NCBI GenBank assembly: GCA_016926175.1
Contig: JAFGPA010000012.1
Location: 1 to 49,691, forward strand
Length of the DNA: 49,691 nt
Source of the DNA: Candidatus Micrarchaeota archaeon
Lineage (GTDB): Archaea; Micrarchaeota; Micrarchaeia; Anstonellales; Bilamarchaeaceae
Direction of reading: 5' to 3'
The stretch's first letter is position 1. The number at the start of each line of letters is the position of its first letter. The notes under the pieces were generated by a model. It saw only the letters and a list, made by a program, of their open reading frames with translations, was not told where the DNA came from and did no database searches. Shown here one piece after another: positions 37,711-47,353 of the stretch. The translations under genes were made by a program, and so were the position numbers.

Positions 37711-38114
37711 TATTTCACCTTCTTTTTCCCTTTTGGGGATTTTCCGATAGTCTTTGGCTCGTCCCACTGCAATGCTGGGGAGTATTTAAACAATGGAAGC
37801 ACCAAAACAAATCCTGATATTATAAATGCCGATATTAGGGCCCACAGGTCAATTCTTCCTGAATATACCATGGAAAAAAGTGCAAGGATCATTATCAAAC
37901 CTGCAAAAACGCTTACAAAGAGCATGCTTCTTTCAAAGGATTTTCTTCTTTTCAGGTGTTCTTTTACATGGTCCTCGGAAACGTAGAGTTCATTCATCTG
38001 CGCTATGCCAAAAATCTTTTTGATTTTTCTGATGGCGTAGATTATCCTGTCTTCCTTTACAGGAATTGCACTTTTACCATCGACATTTTCCTGGGTATAG
38101 ATGCAGACTTTCAT
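37710..38114 (-). CDS. Small two-TM membrane protein (operon gene 3)
   Basis: Two C-terminal hydrophobic helices and a basic tail. Confidence 0.75.
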   Translation of the reverse strand: MKVCIYTQENVDGKSAIPVKEDRIIYAIRKIKKIFGIAQMNELYVSEDHVKEHLKRRKSFERSMLFVSVFAGLIMILALFSMVYSGRIDLWALISAFIISGFVLVLPLFKYSPALQWDEPKTIGKSPKGKKKVK

Positions 38115-38115
38115 T

Positions 38116-39708
38116 CTAATCCTCCAGAACTACCTGGCTAATTTCGCGGCCGACTCCGCCGCTCTTTTTCAGATCAACTTTGCCGAATATGTTGATTATG
38201 GTAACATCATCAACACCTGAATCCTTCAGGAAATCAGATATGTTTCTTCTTGCAACACCATATCTTTCAAGGGTGATCACCAATGAAATAACATCCATTC
38301 TTCTGTTGCCCTTGTCAAACTGCTTTGAAAGGGTTTCTATTCTGTCGTCTGCTAATCCAAATTGCCTTAATTTTCTTCTGAAATCTTCTTTCAGGAATGA
38401 CACGCTTCTTGCCATGGAAATATCCCTCCTTTGTTTTTCAGTAAGCACTTCTTTAAGGTCGAGGAAGTACTCCTTGCTTGGCTCTTCCCCTTCAATCTTT
38501 TCAAGAAGGAAAGTTGACGGGTACGGAGTCTGGGTTGTGAAGGACATGTTGACAGCCGCCTGGCCTACACCAAGCCTGCTGATCTCTTCACGCATAAATG
38601 GACTGAAGTTCAGGGATGACTGAAGATAATCCAGGAACCTTGCAAATTTCACTTTGAGTATAAATGTTGTTCCGACGTTGGAGAAGATTGCCTCGCTGAT
38701 ATCGGTAGGGTTCTGGGATGCAATGATCATGCCAAAGTTGTATTTACGGCCCTCACGAACAATCATAACGGCATCGGAATTGTCCTCTTTTCCGATTTTC
38801 CATGCTTCGTCCAGAACAATCAGAAGCCTGAGTCCTGACTGGCGGGCGCCTTCAATTGCACCGCTTATCCTCATTCTTTCCTTGATAAACTGCAGCAGCG
38901 TCAAAGCAGCCAGGGCACGCATTGTTTCATCAGGAAGGCCCACAAGGTCAAGGTCAACAAGGCCAGATGTTACAAGCCTTTCCAGGTCAACGGTACTTTG
39001 CTGTGCAAAGAAATCCTCCCCTGGTTTGGTAAACTGCCTCAGGCGGTAAATCGCGTTTTCCAGCTCTGCCGGGAATTCATAGGATCCCATCTGAGCCTGT
39101 TCGGTAAGTACTCTCACAACATCTTTCAGTGTCGGGGGGAGGATGGGCTTTCCCAGTTCATCCTTCTGTTCCCTCTGATCCATCCTGAACTTGTTTTCAA
39201 GATAGGTCTTTTCAATGGCCTGTTCTGTAAGCCTTCTTTGTTCCGGGTATTGGGAGATGTCTGTAAGAAGTTCCAGGGTTCTCATGATCTGCTTGATACG
39301 GTCATAGGGCTTCATGCCGCCCAGGTCAAGAAGATTGAGGTAGGAACCGCGGCCGAGCGAAACCACCTTGCCGCCTGTCTGTTTTACCCAATCCTTGTAT
39401 TCTCCTGCCCAGTCAATGATAAGTGCATTGGAATTCCAGACAAATGCCGCCCTCAAAAGAAAAGTCTTGATGAAGTAGGACTTTCCGGAACCTGAAATTC
39501 CGCACACTGCTATGTGAGGGTTTGCAACATTCTCATGGGTCCAGTAAAAAGGAGCATTGAATATTTTGGTTCTTCCGATGTAGACAGAATTGGTCGGATC
39601 TGCAAAAACTATCTCCAGGGGAGGCTCCGGCGGATGTACCAGTATATTCCTCTTTGAAATTGCAACATTAGGCAATTTGCCCAACCTAAGCCGTCCTGCT
39701 AATGCCAT
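38116..39708 (-). CDS. VirB4/TraC/HerA-like secretion ATPase (operon gene 2)
   Basis: NPHIAVCGISGSGKS, IIDWAGEY, IVLDEAW, REGRKY..G.IIASQ.P.D, plus an extra C-terminal helical domain. Confidence 0.88.
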   Translation of the reverse strand: MALAGRLRLGKLPNVAISKRNILVHPPEPPLEIVFADPTNSVYIGRTKIFNAPFYWTHENVANPHIAVCGISGSGKSYFIKTFLLRAAFVWNSNALIIDWAGEYKDWVKQTGGKVVSLGRGSYLNLLDLGGMKPYDRIKQIMRTLELLTDISQYPEQRRLTEQAIEKTYLENKFRMDQREQKDELGKPILPPTLKDVVRVLTEQAQMGSYEFPAELENAIYRLRQFTKPGEDFFAQQSTVDLERLVTSGLVDLDLVGLPDETMRALAALTLLQFIKERMRISGAIEGARQSGLRLLIVLDEAWKIGKEDNSDAVMIVREGRKYNFGMIIASQNPTDISEAIFSNVGTTFILKVKFARFLDYLQSSLNFSPFMREEISRLGVGQAAVNMSFTTQTPYPSTFLLEKIEGEEPSKEYFLDLKEVLTEKQRRDISMARSVSFLKEDFRRKLRQFGLADDRIETLSKQFDKGNRRMDVISLVITLERYGVARRNISDFLKDSGVDDVTIINIFGKVDLKKSGGVGREISQVVLED

Positions 39709-39710
39709 TT

Positions 39711-40523
39711 TCAGATCACGCTCTCTTCAAGCTCCTGTGGGGATGTCGGGAAGAACCTCTCCCATTCAAAGCATTTAAGCATTTCATCGCCGCTAAGCTT
39801 TACAACCTCGATATTAAGGGCATTTGCAAGCACTGTTCTCAACTCATTGGACTGGGATCTTACAGCTGCAATTGCAGCATCCTTGCTCATTCCAACAGCA
39901 GTTGTCTGGGCATAGGCAATAATCCCCATAGGCTTTACCCCTTTTATAAGACGGGTGAGCTGGCTGTCCCATACGGCAGCTTCACGCTCGTATTTGTCTA
40001 TCTTAAGAACGTCAGCCTGCGCCTTGTCTCTTTCACGTGCAAGCCTGAGCTGCGCTTCAGCGCGCTTTGTTTCAATCATCTTTCTTTTTTCACCAACGTC
40101 TTCCACGTAGAGCATGTATGCGATTTTGGTTACATATTTCAGGTTTGATATTGCACGTTCAAAAAACTGGCTGTATGCAATGTTTTCCTCTCCTGTTTTT
40201 TCCGCCGCTGATTCGAATATTTTAATTCCCATAAAGGCAGATGCATAAAAAACGCCATTCCCTGATTTAACAATAACATCCTGGCTGGGAGGAATTTCAA
40301 AACCTTCATCGCTCATCATTATGATTTTGGTCCGCTGGGTGATAAGAGGGACAATGATATATCCGTATTTCCAGAACAAAACTCCCATAACCGATCCCAT
40401 GAAAGCAATAATGCCTCCAATTAAACCGAATATGCCGCCCCCCATGAAAGCAAAGAGAGCCCCTAAAACCCCGACAAAAATTGAGGCGAACATGTAATTC
40501 TTAGAACCTGCAGTGGCTACCAT
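39711..40523 (-). CDS. Two-TM membrane protein with coiled coil, resembling a separated VirB4 N-terminal part (operon gene 1)
   Basis: Two N-terminal TMs, then alpha/beta region, coiled coil and L...L.G.E.L end. Confidence 0.7.
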   Translation of the reverse strand: MVATAGSKNYMFASIFVGVLGALFAFMGGGIFGLIGGIIAFMGSVMGVLFWKYGYIIVPLITQRTKIIMMSDEGFEIPPSQDVIVKSGNGVFYASAFMGIKIFESAAEKTGEENIAYSQFFERAISNLKYVTKIAYMLYVEDVGEKRKMIETKRAEAQLRLARERDKAQADVLKIDKYEREAAVWDSQLTRLIKGVKPMGIIAYAQTTAVGMSKDAAIAAVRSQSNELRTVLANALNIEVVKLSGDEMLKCFEWERFFPTSPQELEESVI

Positions 40524-40563
40524 AGTCTATCCCTCAGTAAATATCAAAGGAATGATATTAAAA

Positions 40564-41871
40564 TCAATCCCTTACCGCATCCTCCACTATCTTCTGAGCT
40601 TTTCCAATATAGGTGGAATAATCAAAAAGCGTGTTTGTTGTTTTTTCATCCAGAATCTTGCTTTCTATAACAAGTTCTTTCAGATGCCGGTTGTTTTTAT
40701 AGGCTTCCTGCGCCAGGGTCCTGACAAGCTCATGCGCCTCCTGCCTCCCCATGCCCTTCTCCGTGAGGGCAATCATCAGGCGTTCGGCCATGATAAGGCC
40801 GTTTGTTAGTTCAAGATTTTTCCTGATGTTTTTGTCATTGAACTCCAGACCGGAAAGGATTCTGGAAATTTCAAGGATCATGTAATGGACGCACAGAAAA
40901 GTTTCGCCGAAAATTGCGCGCTCATTTGCACTGTTTGTCAAATCCCTTTCATGCTCCAGGGCAATGTTCTCCAGTGCAGTAATCAGGTTTGCCCGGGGCA
41001 GTCTGGCAAGCGAGCAGACGCGCTCGCTTTTATGCGGATTTCTTTTATGGGGCATTGTTGATGAACCCACCTGCGATTTGCCGAACGCCTCTGAAATTTC
41101 AAGGATTTCCGTTCTCTGAAGATTCCTGATTTCCTTGGCTATTTTTTCTATGGAAGCTGCCAGAATCGCAAGATCTGCAATCACTTCGGCATGGCGGTCT
41201 CTTTGCACCACCTGGCTGGAAACCTTTGCAGGCGAAAGGCCAAGCTCTTTCATCACAAGCTCCTGTATTTCAGGACCCTGCTCACCAAAGGTTGCCATAG
41301 TGCCCACGGCTCCGGACATTTTGCCTACTGCAATCCGTTTTTTTGATTCCAGAAGTCTTTCCAGCGAGCGCAGGATATCCTGGTAGTAAAGGGCAAATTT
41401 CATGCCATAGGTTGTTGGTACGGCGTGCTGGCCATGGGTTCTTCCCATGCACACTTTGCTTTTGTTTTCCTTTGCCAGTTTTTTCAGAATGGCTGCAAGC
41501 TTCCTCCCGTCATCCTCAATAATTGCAATTGCATCCATGAAAATCAGGGCTGTCGCAGTATCTTCAATATCATAGGAAGTTGAACCAAGATGGACATATT
41601 TGCCAGCATCGCCTGACTGTTCTGAGAGGGCCTTCACCATTGCCATCAGATCATGATGGATTTCATCCTCTATCTCCTTAACTCTGGAAAGCTGCACTTT
41701 CTTTGCGCCTTGCTCTATTTTGGCAGGGGCATCGGGGGGGACGTTGCCAAGCTTTGCATGGGCTTTTGCCAGGGCAACTTCAACCTCCATCCATTTCCGG
41801 ATTTTGGTGTCATCCTCGAAAACCTTATTCATCCTGGTAGCATAACGCTCTTCAAAAGGAGAAATCGACAT
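40564..41871 (-). CDS. purB: Adenylosuccinate lyase
   Basis: HHD, H.G.TS.D, GRTHGQHA.PTT and GSSTMPHKRNP. Confidence 0.97.
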   Translation of the reverse strand: MSISPFEERYATRMNKVFEDDTKIRKWMEVEVALAKAHAKLGNVPPDAPAKIEQGAKKVQLSRVKEIEDEIHHDLMAMVKALSEQSGDAGKYVHLGSTSYDIEDTATALIFMDAIAIIEDDGRKLAAILKKLAKENKSKVCMGRTHGQHAVPTTYGMKFALYYQDILRSLERLLESKKRIAVGKMSGAVGTMATFGEQGPEIQELVMKELGLSPAKVSSQVVQRDRHAEVIADLAILAASIEKIAKEIRNLQRTEILEISEAFGKSQVGSSTMPHKRNPHKSERVCSLARLPRANLITALENIALEHERDLTNSANERAIFGETFLCVHYMILEISRILSGLEFNDKNIRKNLELTNGLIMAERLMIALTEKGMGRQEAHELVRTLAQEAYKNNRHLKELVIESKILDEKTTNTLFDYSTYIGKAQKIVEDAVRD

Positions 41872-42103
41872 GAAAAAAATATCTCATCAAAGGATTAAAA
41901 AGCTGCCCACTAAATGGAAATGATCGTAAAAAATGGGGATTAACGGGCCTTTATAAGCAAAATGTGGGAAATCCCGTAAAAAAAGGATAGATTTAAATAC
42001 TTGAAAGTCCATATTAAATAACAGCAAAAAAAATGGGACCAGTTGAAGTAATAGAAATATTTAAATACATGGAATCCCATATATTATAACATAGGCGAAT
42101 GAT

Positions 42104-43129
42104 ATGGCAGAACAAAAAATAGATGTGGATGAGGTCAAAAACGGCCTTTACAATATGGTTGAGGCAATGCTTAAGATGGGCGGCGGAGAGGAACTCATGA
42201 TGAAAACAGAGTTGCTCATGCTCGGCATCAGGCAGAGCAAAAAGCTTGAGCCGCATGACACCCAAAAATTCTATGACCTGCTTGTTCTTTCATACATAGG
42301 TCCTCAGGGAGATGCTCCGAATCTTGACAAAAAGCTGATGGATGGAATCAGCACGAAATTTATCCAGGGAACAACAGAAAGAGTAATACTTGAAACTGAC
42401 AGGGACGACAGATATGCAGAATTTGCAAAAAAATGCCTCATAAACGCTGCAAAGCATGGTAACGATATTACAAGAAAATATGCTGCAATCGCACTGGGAG
42501 CCTTCACAAATGATGTCCATATCAGGAATTCACTTGTAGATATTGTGGAAAAAGAAACGGGAGCTGCTGCTGAAGGTGCAGAAGCAGGCCTGAGGGCAAT
42601 CAAGATCAGAACAGAAAGGGAAACAGCAGACGCTGACCGTGCAATGCTTGTTGAAACAGAATATCCTGATCCGAAAATGGTCCAGAGGCAGTTTATTGAC
42701 AACATATTCAGGGCAGTAAACGCGATCTATGGAGGGACTGTAACTGGAACTGCCGGAAGAATCAATGTGATAACTTTGGCAACCCAGGGAACCAGCATTC
42801 CAGTAAAACTGGATGCCCACAGCATCAGGCTTGTGAAAAGAAACGTTGAGGGTGCCCTCATAAGCGCATTTATCAACGGAGATGAGGCTGTCAGAAATGA
42901 GGCAATTGAAGGAATAAAAAAGATGGGCAGCGTAAGAATACTTGAGAACCTTGAAGACATTACAAAAACAGAAAGAGATTCTGCAGGAAGTCTTAATCCT
43001 CTTGGAAGGAAAGCAAGAGAGATTGCGGAAGGGATACAAAGGACAAGATATGGAAAGACACTGCCTCCTCCGCTGTCAAGAAGGAAGGCAGCTTCAAGGC
43101 ATGATGCCAGGTTAACCCAGCAGAGTTAA
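42104..43129 (+). CDS. Hypothetical alpha-helical (HEAT-like) protein
   Basis: R.YAAIALG and VRNEAIEGI..MG resemble HEAT repeats; Pro/Arg-rich tail. Confidence 0.65.
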   Translation: MAEQKIDVDEVKNGLYNMVEAMLKMGGGEELMMKTELLMLGIRQSKKLEPHDTQKFYDLLVLSYIGPQGDAPNLDKKLMDGISTKFIQGTTERVILETDRDDRYAEFAKKCLINAAKHGNDITRKYAAIALGAFTNDVHIRNSLVDIVEKETGAAAEGAEAGLRAIKIRTERETADADRAMLVETEYPDPKMVQRQFIDNIFRAVNAIYGGTVTGTAGRINVITLATQGTSIPVKLDAHSIRLVKRNVEGALISAFINGDEAVRNEAIEGIKKMGSVRILENLEDITKTERDSAGSLNPLGRKAREIAEGIQRTRYGKTLPPPLSRRKAASRHDARLTQQS

Positions 43130-43153
43130 AAGTGAATCATTCAAAATAGCCAT

Positions 43154-43837
43154 ATGGCAAAAAGCCGGATTCTGAAGAAAGAAAACAAGGCTTACCTTGA
43201 GCTTCCAAAGGAGCTTATGGAATATGACGAGGTAGAGCTTTTTCAACTGAAGGAAGGCTACCTTCTGGTGCCTGTTGAAGTAAGGGTAAAGGAAGCTGAA
43301 ATAGCCGTTATAAGAAAGCTCCTTGCCATTAAATTTGAGAACCGGACTCCTTCTGTTATTGAAAAGGAATTTGTAGACGTAGAGAAGATACTGCTCAGGG
43401 AGCTTGAGAAAAAAGGGCTTGTAAACATTTTCAGGGGGAAAAAATACCCGAAAGGGGTCTATAACATCAATGCAGAGGTTTATGCTCTCCTGCAGGAATC
43501 CAAAAAAATTGAGAATCCTGAAGGCCTTGTGCGGGGATTTGTGACTTTAAAGGACAAAGACGATGCATACAGGCTCTCCCAGAAGCTCGGTTCTGAAATG
43601 AAAAACGGTACAGTAATAGGAGTGAAAGGTTTTGATGGCAAATTCTATGCAGTGACAAAAAGCTACCTTGAAAGCTCCCGGAAGGATATTGAAAAGGCCC
43701 TTCAGGGCGAAATGGACGCAGGCGAAATTGCAAATGCTGCAAAACTGGATCCTGAAGGCTGTATTGCTGTCCTGAGGCTTATGGCTGAGAGCGGGGACAT
43801 TCTTGAAAAAAAGAAAGGGATCTTCGTGAGAGTATGA
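43154..43837 (+). CDS. Hypothetical protein with winged-helix-like segments
   Basis: LLRELEKKGLV and EIA....LD...C..VL..M.E.G.I.E patterns; coupled to the HD gene. Confidence 0.7.
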   Translation: MAKSRILKKENKAYLELPKELMEYDEVELFQLKEGYLLVPVEVRVKEAEIAVIRKLLAIKFENRTPSVIEKEFVDVEKILLRELEKKGLVNIFRGKKYPKGVYNINAEVYALLQESKKIENPEGLVRGFVTLKDKDDAYRLSQKLGSEMKNGTVIGVKGFDGKFYAVTKSYLESSRKDIEKALQGEMDAGEIANAAKLDPEGCIAVLRLMAESGDILEKKKGIFVRV

Positions 43838-44898
43838 TGATCAAGGATGAAATTTACGGAACAATTGAGTTCGATGATCTGGAAGAAAGAATCATCGACA
43901 GCGAGGATTTCCAGAGGCTCAGAAGGATAAAGCAGATGTCAGTAACAAATCTTGTTTACCCCGGGGCAAACCACACGAGATTTGAGCATTCCCTTGGAAC
44001 CGCCCACCTTTCAGGATATATTGCAGAAAGGGTGGGGCTGAAAACCGATGAAATAAAAAAAGTGAAGCTTTTCGGCCTCCTCCATGACATAGGGCACACT
44101 GTTTTTTCGCATGAGGGGGAAGATGTGCTGAAAAGGCATATTGGCAGCCATGAAGAGATAGGAAAAAAGAAGATCCTTCATGGAGACATTGCAGATATAA
44201 TATCAGAAAACTATAATCCTGGAGAGATTGCCGAATCAAACATTGTAACTTCGGATATTGGAGCAGACAGAATGGACTACCTGAAGAGGGATGCACAGAA
44301 CACAGGAGTGGCATACGGCATAATCGACCTGGACAGAATTGTCCATACGCTGATGATGAAGGATGGTGAGCTTTGCATAAAGAAAGGCGGCCTGGCGGCG
44401 GCAGAATATCTGCTTGTCGCAAGGTTCATGATGTTTTCAACAGTTTATCTTCATAAGACAGTGAGAATCGCAACTGCCATGCTTTACAGGGCCATGGAAG
44501 GCGCAATAGAAGATGGTTTTCCCCCTAAAAGGTTTACAGAAATAGATGATGAGCAGGCCATGGCAGTATTGCTGGAATCTGAAAAAGGAAGAAGATATGC
44601 TGAAGGACTGAAAAAGAGAAAGTTGTTCAAGGAAGTATGCTCAGTCAAAACATTGCCGGAAAAGCTTGAGGATGAACTGAAAGAGGAATTTGAAGTCATA
44701 GTGGACAGGCCGCATCAGTTTTTCAAGCCTGTCGGATTCAAAGTGGACAGTGAAAACGGGCCTGTGTCAATATCGGAAATATCCAATCTGGTGAAGTCAC
44801 TGAAAACGGCTGAAGAAGAAAGAATGAAAATACTCATACTGGCAAGCGATGAGAACAGGAAAAAATTCGGAAAAAGCATAATGGCTAAAGCAGGTTAG
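43834..44898 (+). CDS. HD-domain phosphohydrolase (SAMHD1/dNTPase-like)
   Basis: FQRLRRIKQ, HTRFEHSLG, LLHDIGH, ADRMDYL.RD and VY.HK. Confidence 0.92.
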   Translation: MMIKDEIYGTIEFDDLEERIIDSEDFQRLRRIKQMSVTNLVYPGANHTRFEHSLGTAHLSGYIAERVGLKTDEIKKVKLFGLLHDIGHTVFSHEGEDVLKRHIGSHEEIGKKKILHGDIADIISENYNPGEIAESNIVTSDIGADRMDYLKRDAQNTGVAYGIIDLDRIVHTLMMKDGELCIKKGGLAAAEYLLVARFMMFSTVYLHKTVRIATAMLYRAMEGAIEDGFPPKRFTEIDDEQAMAVLLESEKGRRYAEGLKKRKLFKEVCSVKTLPEKLEDELKEEFEVIVDRPHQFFKPVGFKVDSENGPVSISEISNLVKSLKTAEEERMKILILASDENRKKFGKSIMAKAG

Positions 44899-45040
44899 CA
44901 ACGTGTACAATTACCACAAGAATAACCACTGCCGCCACAACGAATTTAGGCTCTATGGATTTTCCGCTTATCGCAATATCAGGCGAAGAGCCTATGATGC
45001 CGGCAGAACTCATGGGCATTGAAACCTTGTTTGAGGACAT
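44885..45040 (-). CDS. secG: Preprotein translocase subunit Sec61-beta (51 aa, absent from the ORF track)
   Basis: MSSNKVSMPMSSAGIIGSSPDIAISGKSIEPKFVVAAVVILVVIVHVANLL has the SSAGI motif, I.P and a C-terminal TM. Confidence 0.85.
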   Translation of the reverse strand: MSSNKVSMPMSSAGIIGSSPDIAISGKSIEPKFVVAAVVILVVIVHVANLL

Positions 45041-45095
45041 ATTTTTGATTGTGTTGGGGATGGTATTAAAACCTTTGTCATATCATATCTAGCGT

Positions 45096-45833
45096 ATGGC
45101 TGGCGTAGAAATACACACGAATTCCAGGATAAAAAAATTAAAGAAGCCGACAATAATTATAGGGTTTCCAGGCACCGGTCTTGTCGGAAGCGTTGCAGCT
45201 TCCCAGATTGTCGATTCCCTTAACATGGAATTTGGAGGCCATATAAGCAGCCCTGATTTTGCTCCCCTCGCTGCAATACACGATTACAAGCCATTGCCTG
45301 CAGCAAGAATACATTTTTCGGAAAAAGACAACCTGATAATAATAATTTCAGAAATGACAATACCAGTCTCTTCCTCCAGCGAACTCGCAGACAAGATATT
45401 CCAGTTTTCCAAGGCAGTTGATGCAGCATCAATAATCTCGCTTGGGGGAATTTCACTTAATGACGAGCAGGGCGAGGTATACATTGTTTCAAGCGACAGG
45501 GAAATGATAAAGCTTGCTACAAGCAAGAAGTTTGCAAAACCAATAAGGGAGGGCGCAACAACCGGAGTAACCGGCATTCTTCTTACAAAAGGAACCCTGG
45601 AAAGATTTCCAATCACAACAATACTGGCAGAATCTTCGGAAGAATATCTTGATCCAAAAGCCGCATCGCGTGTGATAAAGGTGCTCTCAAGAATAATAGA
45701 GCTTCCGATAAGCACAAGCAAGCTTGATAGGGAAGCCCGTGCAATGTCCGAAGACATAAAGACCGCTGTCAAGAAAGCAAAAATTTCAAAGAAAGGGCCT
45801 TCAAGCTATGAAGGCGGAACTATGTACGGCTGA
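45096..45833 (+). CDS. PAC2 proteasome assembly chaperone family protein
   Basis: GFPGTGLVGS, ISLGG, DPKAA and a C-terminal MYG HbYX motif. Confidence 0.9.
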   Translation: MAGVEIHTNSRIKKLKKPTIIIGFPGTGLVGSVAASQIVDSLNMEFGGHISSPDFAPLAAIHDYKPLPAARIHFSEKDNLIIIISEMTIPVSSSSELADKIFQFSKAVDAASIISLGGISLNDEQGEVYIVSSDREMIKLATSKKFAKPIREGATTGVTGILLTKGTLERFPITTILAESSEEYLDPKAASRVIKVLSRIIELPISTSKLDREARAMSEDIKTAVKKAKISKKGPSSYEGGTMYG

Positions 45834-45885
45834 ACTTTTTGTAGCGGCAAGGCAGCATTTCTAATTAAAATAGGCCAGGGTATAG

Positions 45886-46085
45886 TGCAGGGAGCAGGAT
45901 TTGAACCTGCGAAGGCACTAAGCCGCAGGATTTCCCCTCAAGAAGTTTGATGGAACTTTACCCTTGGAGAAGTTTATCAAAAACATGAGAACAACTCATG
46001 AAGTTTGATGGAACTTTATCCTTGGAAAAACCTGGGGAAAGTTCCCTTAAGTCCTGCGCATTTGACCGGACTTTGCTATCCCTGC
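45886..46085 (-). tRNA. tRNA-Leu(TAA) with 114-nt anticodon-loop intron (45932-46045)
   Basis: Acceptor stem GCAGGGA/TCCCTGC; anticodon arm CAGGA-CT-TAA-G|A-TCCTG; long variable arm; T arm GCAGG-TTCAAAT-CCTGC. Confidence 0.9.
45937..46026. repeat. 32-bp direct repeat x2 (45937-45968, 45995-46026) with 26-bp spacer inside the tRNA-Leu intron
   Basis: ctcaagaagtttgatggaactttacccttgga vs ctcatgaagtttgatggaactttatccttgga (2 mismatches). Confidence 0.9.
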
Positions 46086-46112
46086 ATAAGTATGAACTTT
46101 GCATGATCTGGT

Positions 46113-47051
46113 TTAAAGGATTTTTGCTTTTTTTCCGTCATGATAAACAGTTTCTTCAAATCGCATGCCGTATTTTTCATAATAGAATGCAGGCTCTATT
46201 GCCATTGTTGCACCGGCAATTCTGGCTTTTGATCTAAAGCCAAGGCCAGGGTACTCATGAACATCAAGCCCGATGCCGTGGCCAATAGAATGTATAAGAT
46301 GCGGAAATCCGGCTTTTTCCATCTGCTTTTCAGCAAACCCGGCAACATCTTTTCCGCATTTAAGATTTGGCAGTTCGTCAATTATGGAATAACAGATGTT
46401 CTGCAAAGTTTCGTATTCCTGCCTTTGTTTTTTTGTCGGCTGAAGAAGAAAGCAGCGGGTCAGATCAGAGCAGTAATGGCCATATTTCACTCCATAATCA
46501 ACCATGACAAGGGAGCCGAGTTTTTTCTTTCGCGCCCTGTAATGAGGATATGAGGTTGAAGAATCAGTTGCAACTATCGGATCGAATGCAGGTTCGAGAC
46601 CAAGTTCAATTGTTTTCATACGTATTTGTTTTTCGATATCAAGCTCTGTCCCGGCGGAAAAATCCAGTGAGTGAAAAATTTCCCGGGTGAACTGAGCTGC
46701 TTTTCTGATTTTTGCGATTTCGTCTTTTCTTTTAACAGACCTTCTGGCAATGATTTCAGCGGTAGCATCCTTCAGGCTGCAGTATTTTTCGAGCTTTTTG
46801 ACTGTTGCAGCAGCAAGCGAGGAAAAATCAGCGCACACTGTTTTTCCTTTTACAAAGTTTGAAAGCTTATCAAAAGGATCTGAATAAACCACTACCCTGC
46901 CGGGAAAATTTGCCTTTGCAAATGCTTCATTAAGCGCGGGAACAAAAAGGATTTTGCTCTTGCCAACAAGCAGAAAGGCATGATCGATATCAAGGCCGCT
47001 GTAGTAGTAGAAATTTGAATCAAAACTTTCGCCCCTGTAAAAGATATACAT
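46113..47051 (-). CDS. pepP: Xaa-Pro aminopeptidase (M24B)
   Basis: YPH, VDYG....YCSDLTR, HSIGHGIGLDVHE, IEP and GMRFEE. Confidence 0.9.
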   Translation of the reverse strand: MYIFYRGESFDSNFYYYSGLDIDHAFLLVGKSKILFVPALNEAFAKANFPGRVVVYSDPFDKLSNFVKGKTVCADFSSLAAATVKKLEKYCSLKDATAEIIARRSVKRKDEIAKIRKAAQFTREIFHSLDFSAGTELDIEKQIRMKTIELGLEPAFDPIVATDSSTSYPHYRARKKKLGSLVMVDYGVKYGHYCSDLTRCFLLQPTKKQRQEYETLQNICYSIIDELPNLKCGKDVAGFAEKQMEKAGFPHLIHSIGHGIGLDVHEYPGLGFRSKARIAGATMAIEPAFYYEKYGMRFEETVYHDGKKAKIL

Positions 47052-47053
47052 AT

Positions 47054-47353
47054 CTACATCTCATAGGTTCTTTGCTTTCCCTGCTCAGTTTCAACAATAA
47101 CTATTGTTTTTGTTTCAGCAGCCGGATAAGTAAAGTCAACTGTCTGCCCTTTTCTTATTTTTGACCTCGCAAAAATAATGTCGTTGGATTTTACAGTTAT
47201 TTTGTGGATATTCCTGTTGGCGGTTATTGTAAGAGTATCGAGATGGTCTCCTTTGCTTTTCCTTGCACTGAATGGCCGGTTTCTTATAATAAACAATACT
47301 ATCAGGATTAGGATTAGAAGAATTAAACCTCCTACACACGCTTCAACAATCAT
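47054..47353 (-). CDS. Small single-TM hypothetical protein
   Basis: ATGA overlap with the PIN gene; N-terminal TM followed by a beta-rich domain. Confidence 0.65.
   Translation of the reverse strand: MIVEACVGGLILLILILIVLFIIRNRPFSARKSKGDHLDTLTITANRNIHKITVKSNDIIFARSKIRKGQTVDFTYPAAETKTIVIVETEQGKQRTYEM

Noticed and set aside
45937-46026. True CRISPR array
   Set aside because: There are only two repeats, they lie inside a tRNA intron, and there is no leader or cas gene in the window.
45998-46237. 79-aa ORF starting in the tRNA-Leu intron
   Set aside because: It is antisense to the tRNA and to the aminopeptidase and has no recognisable motifs.
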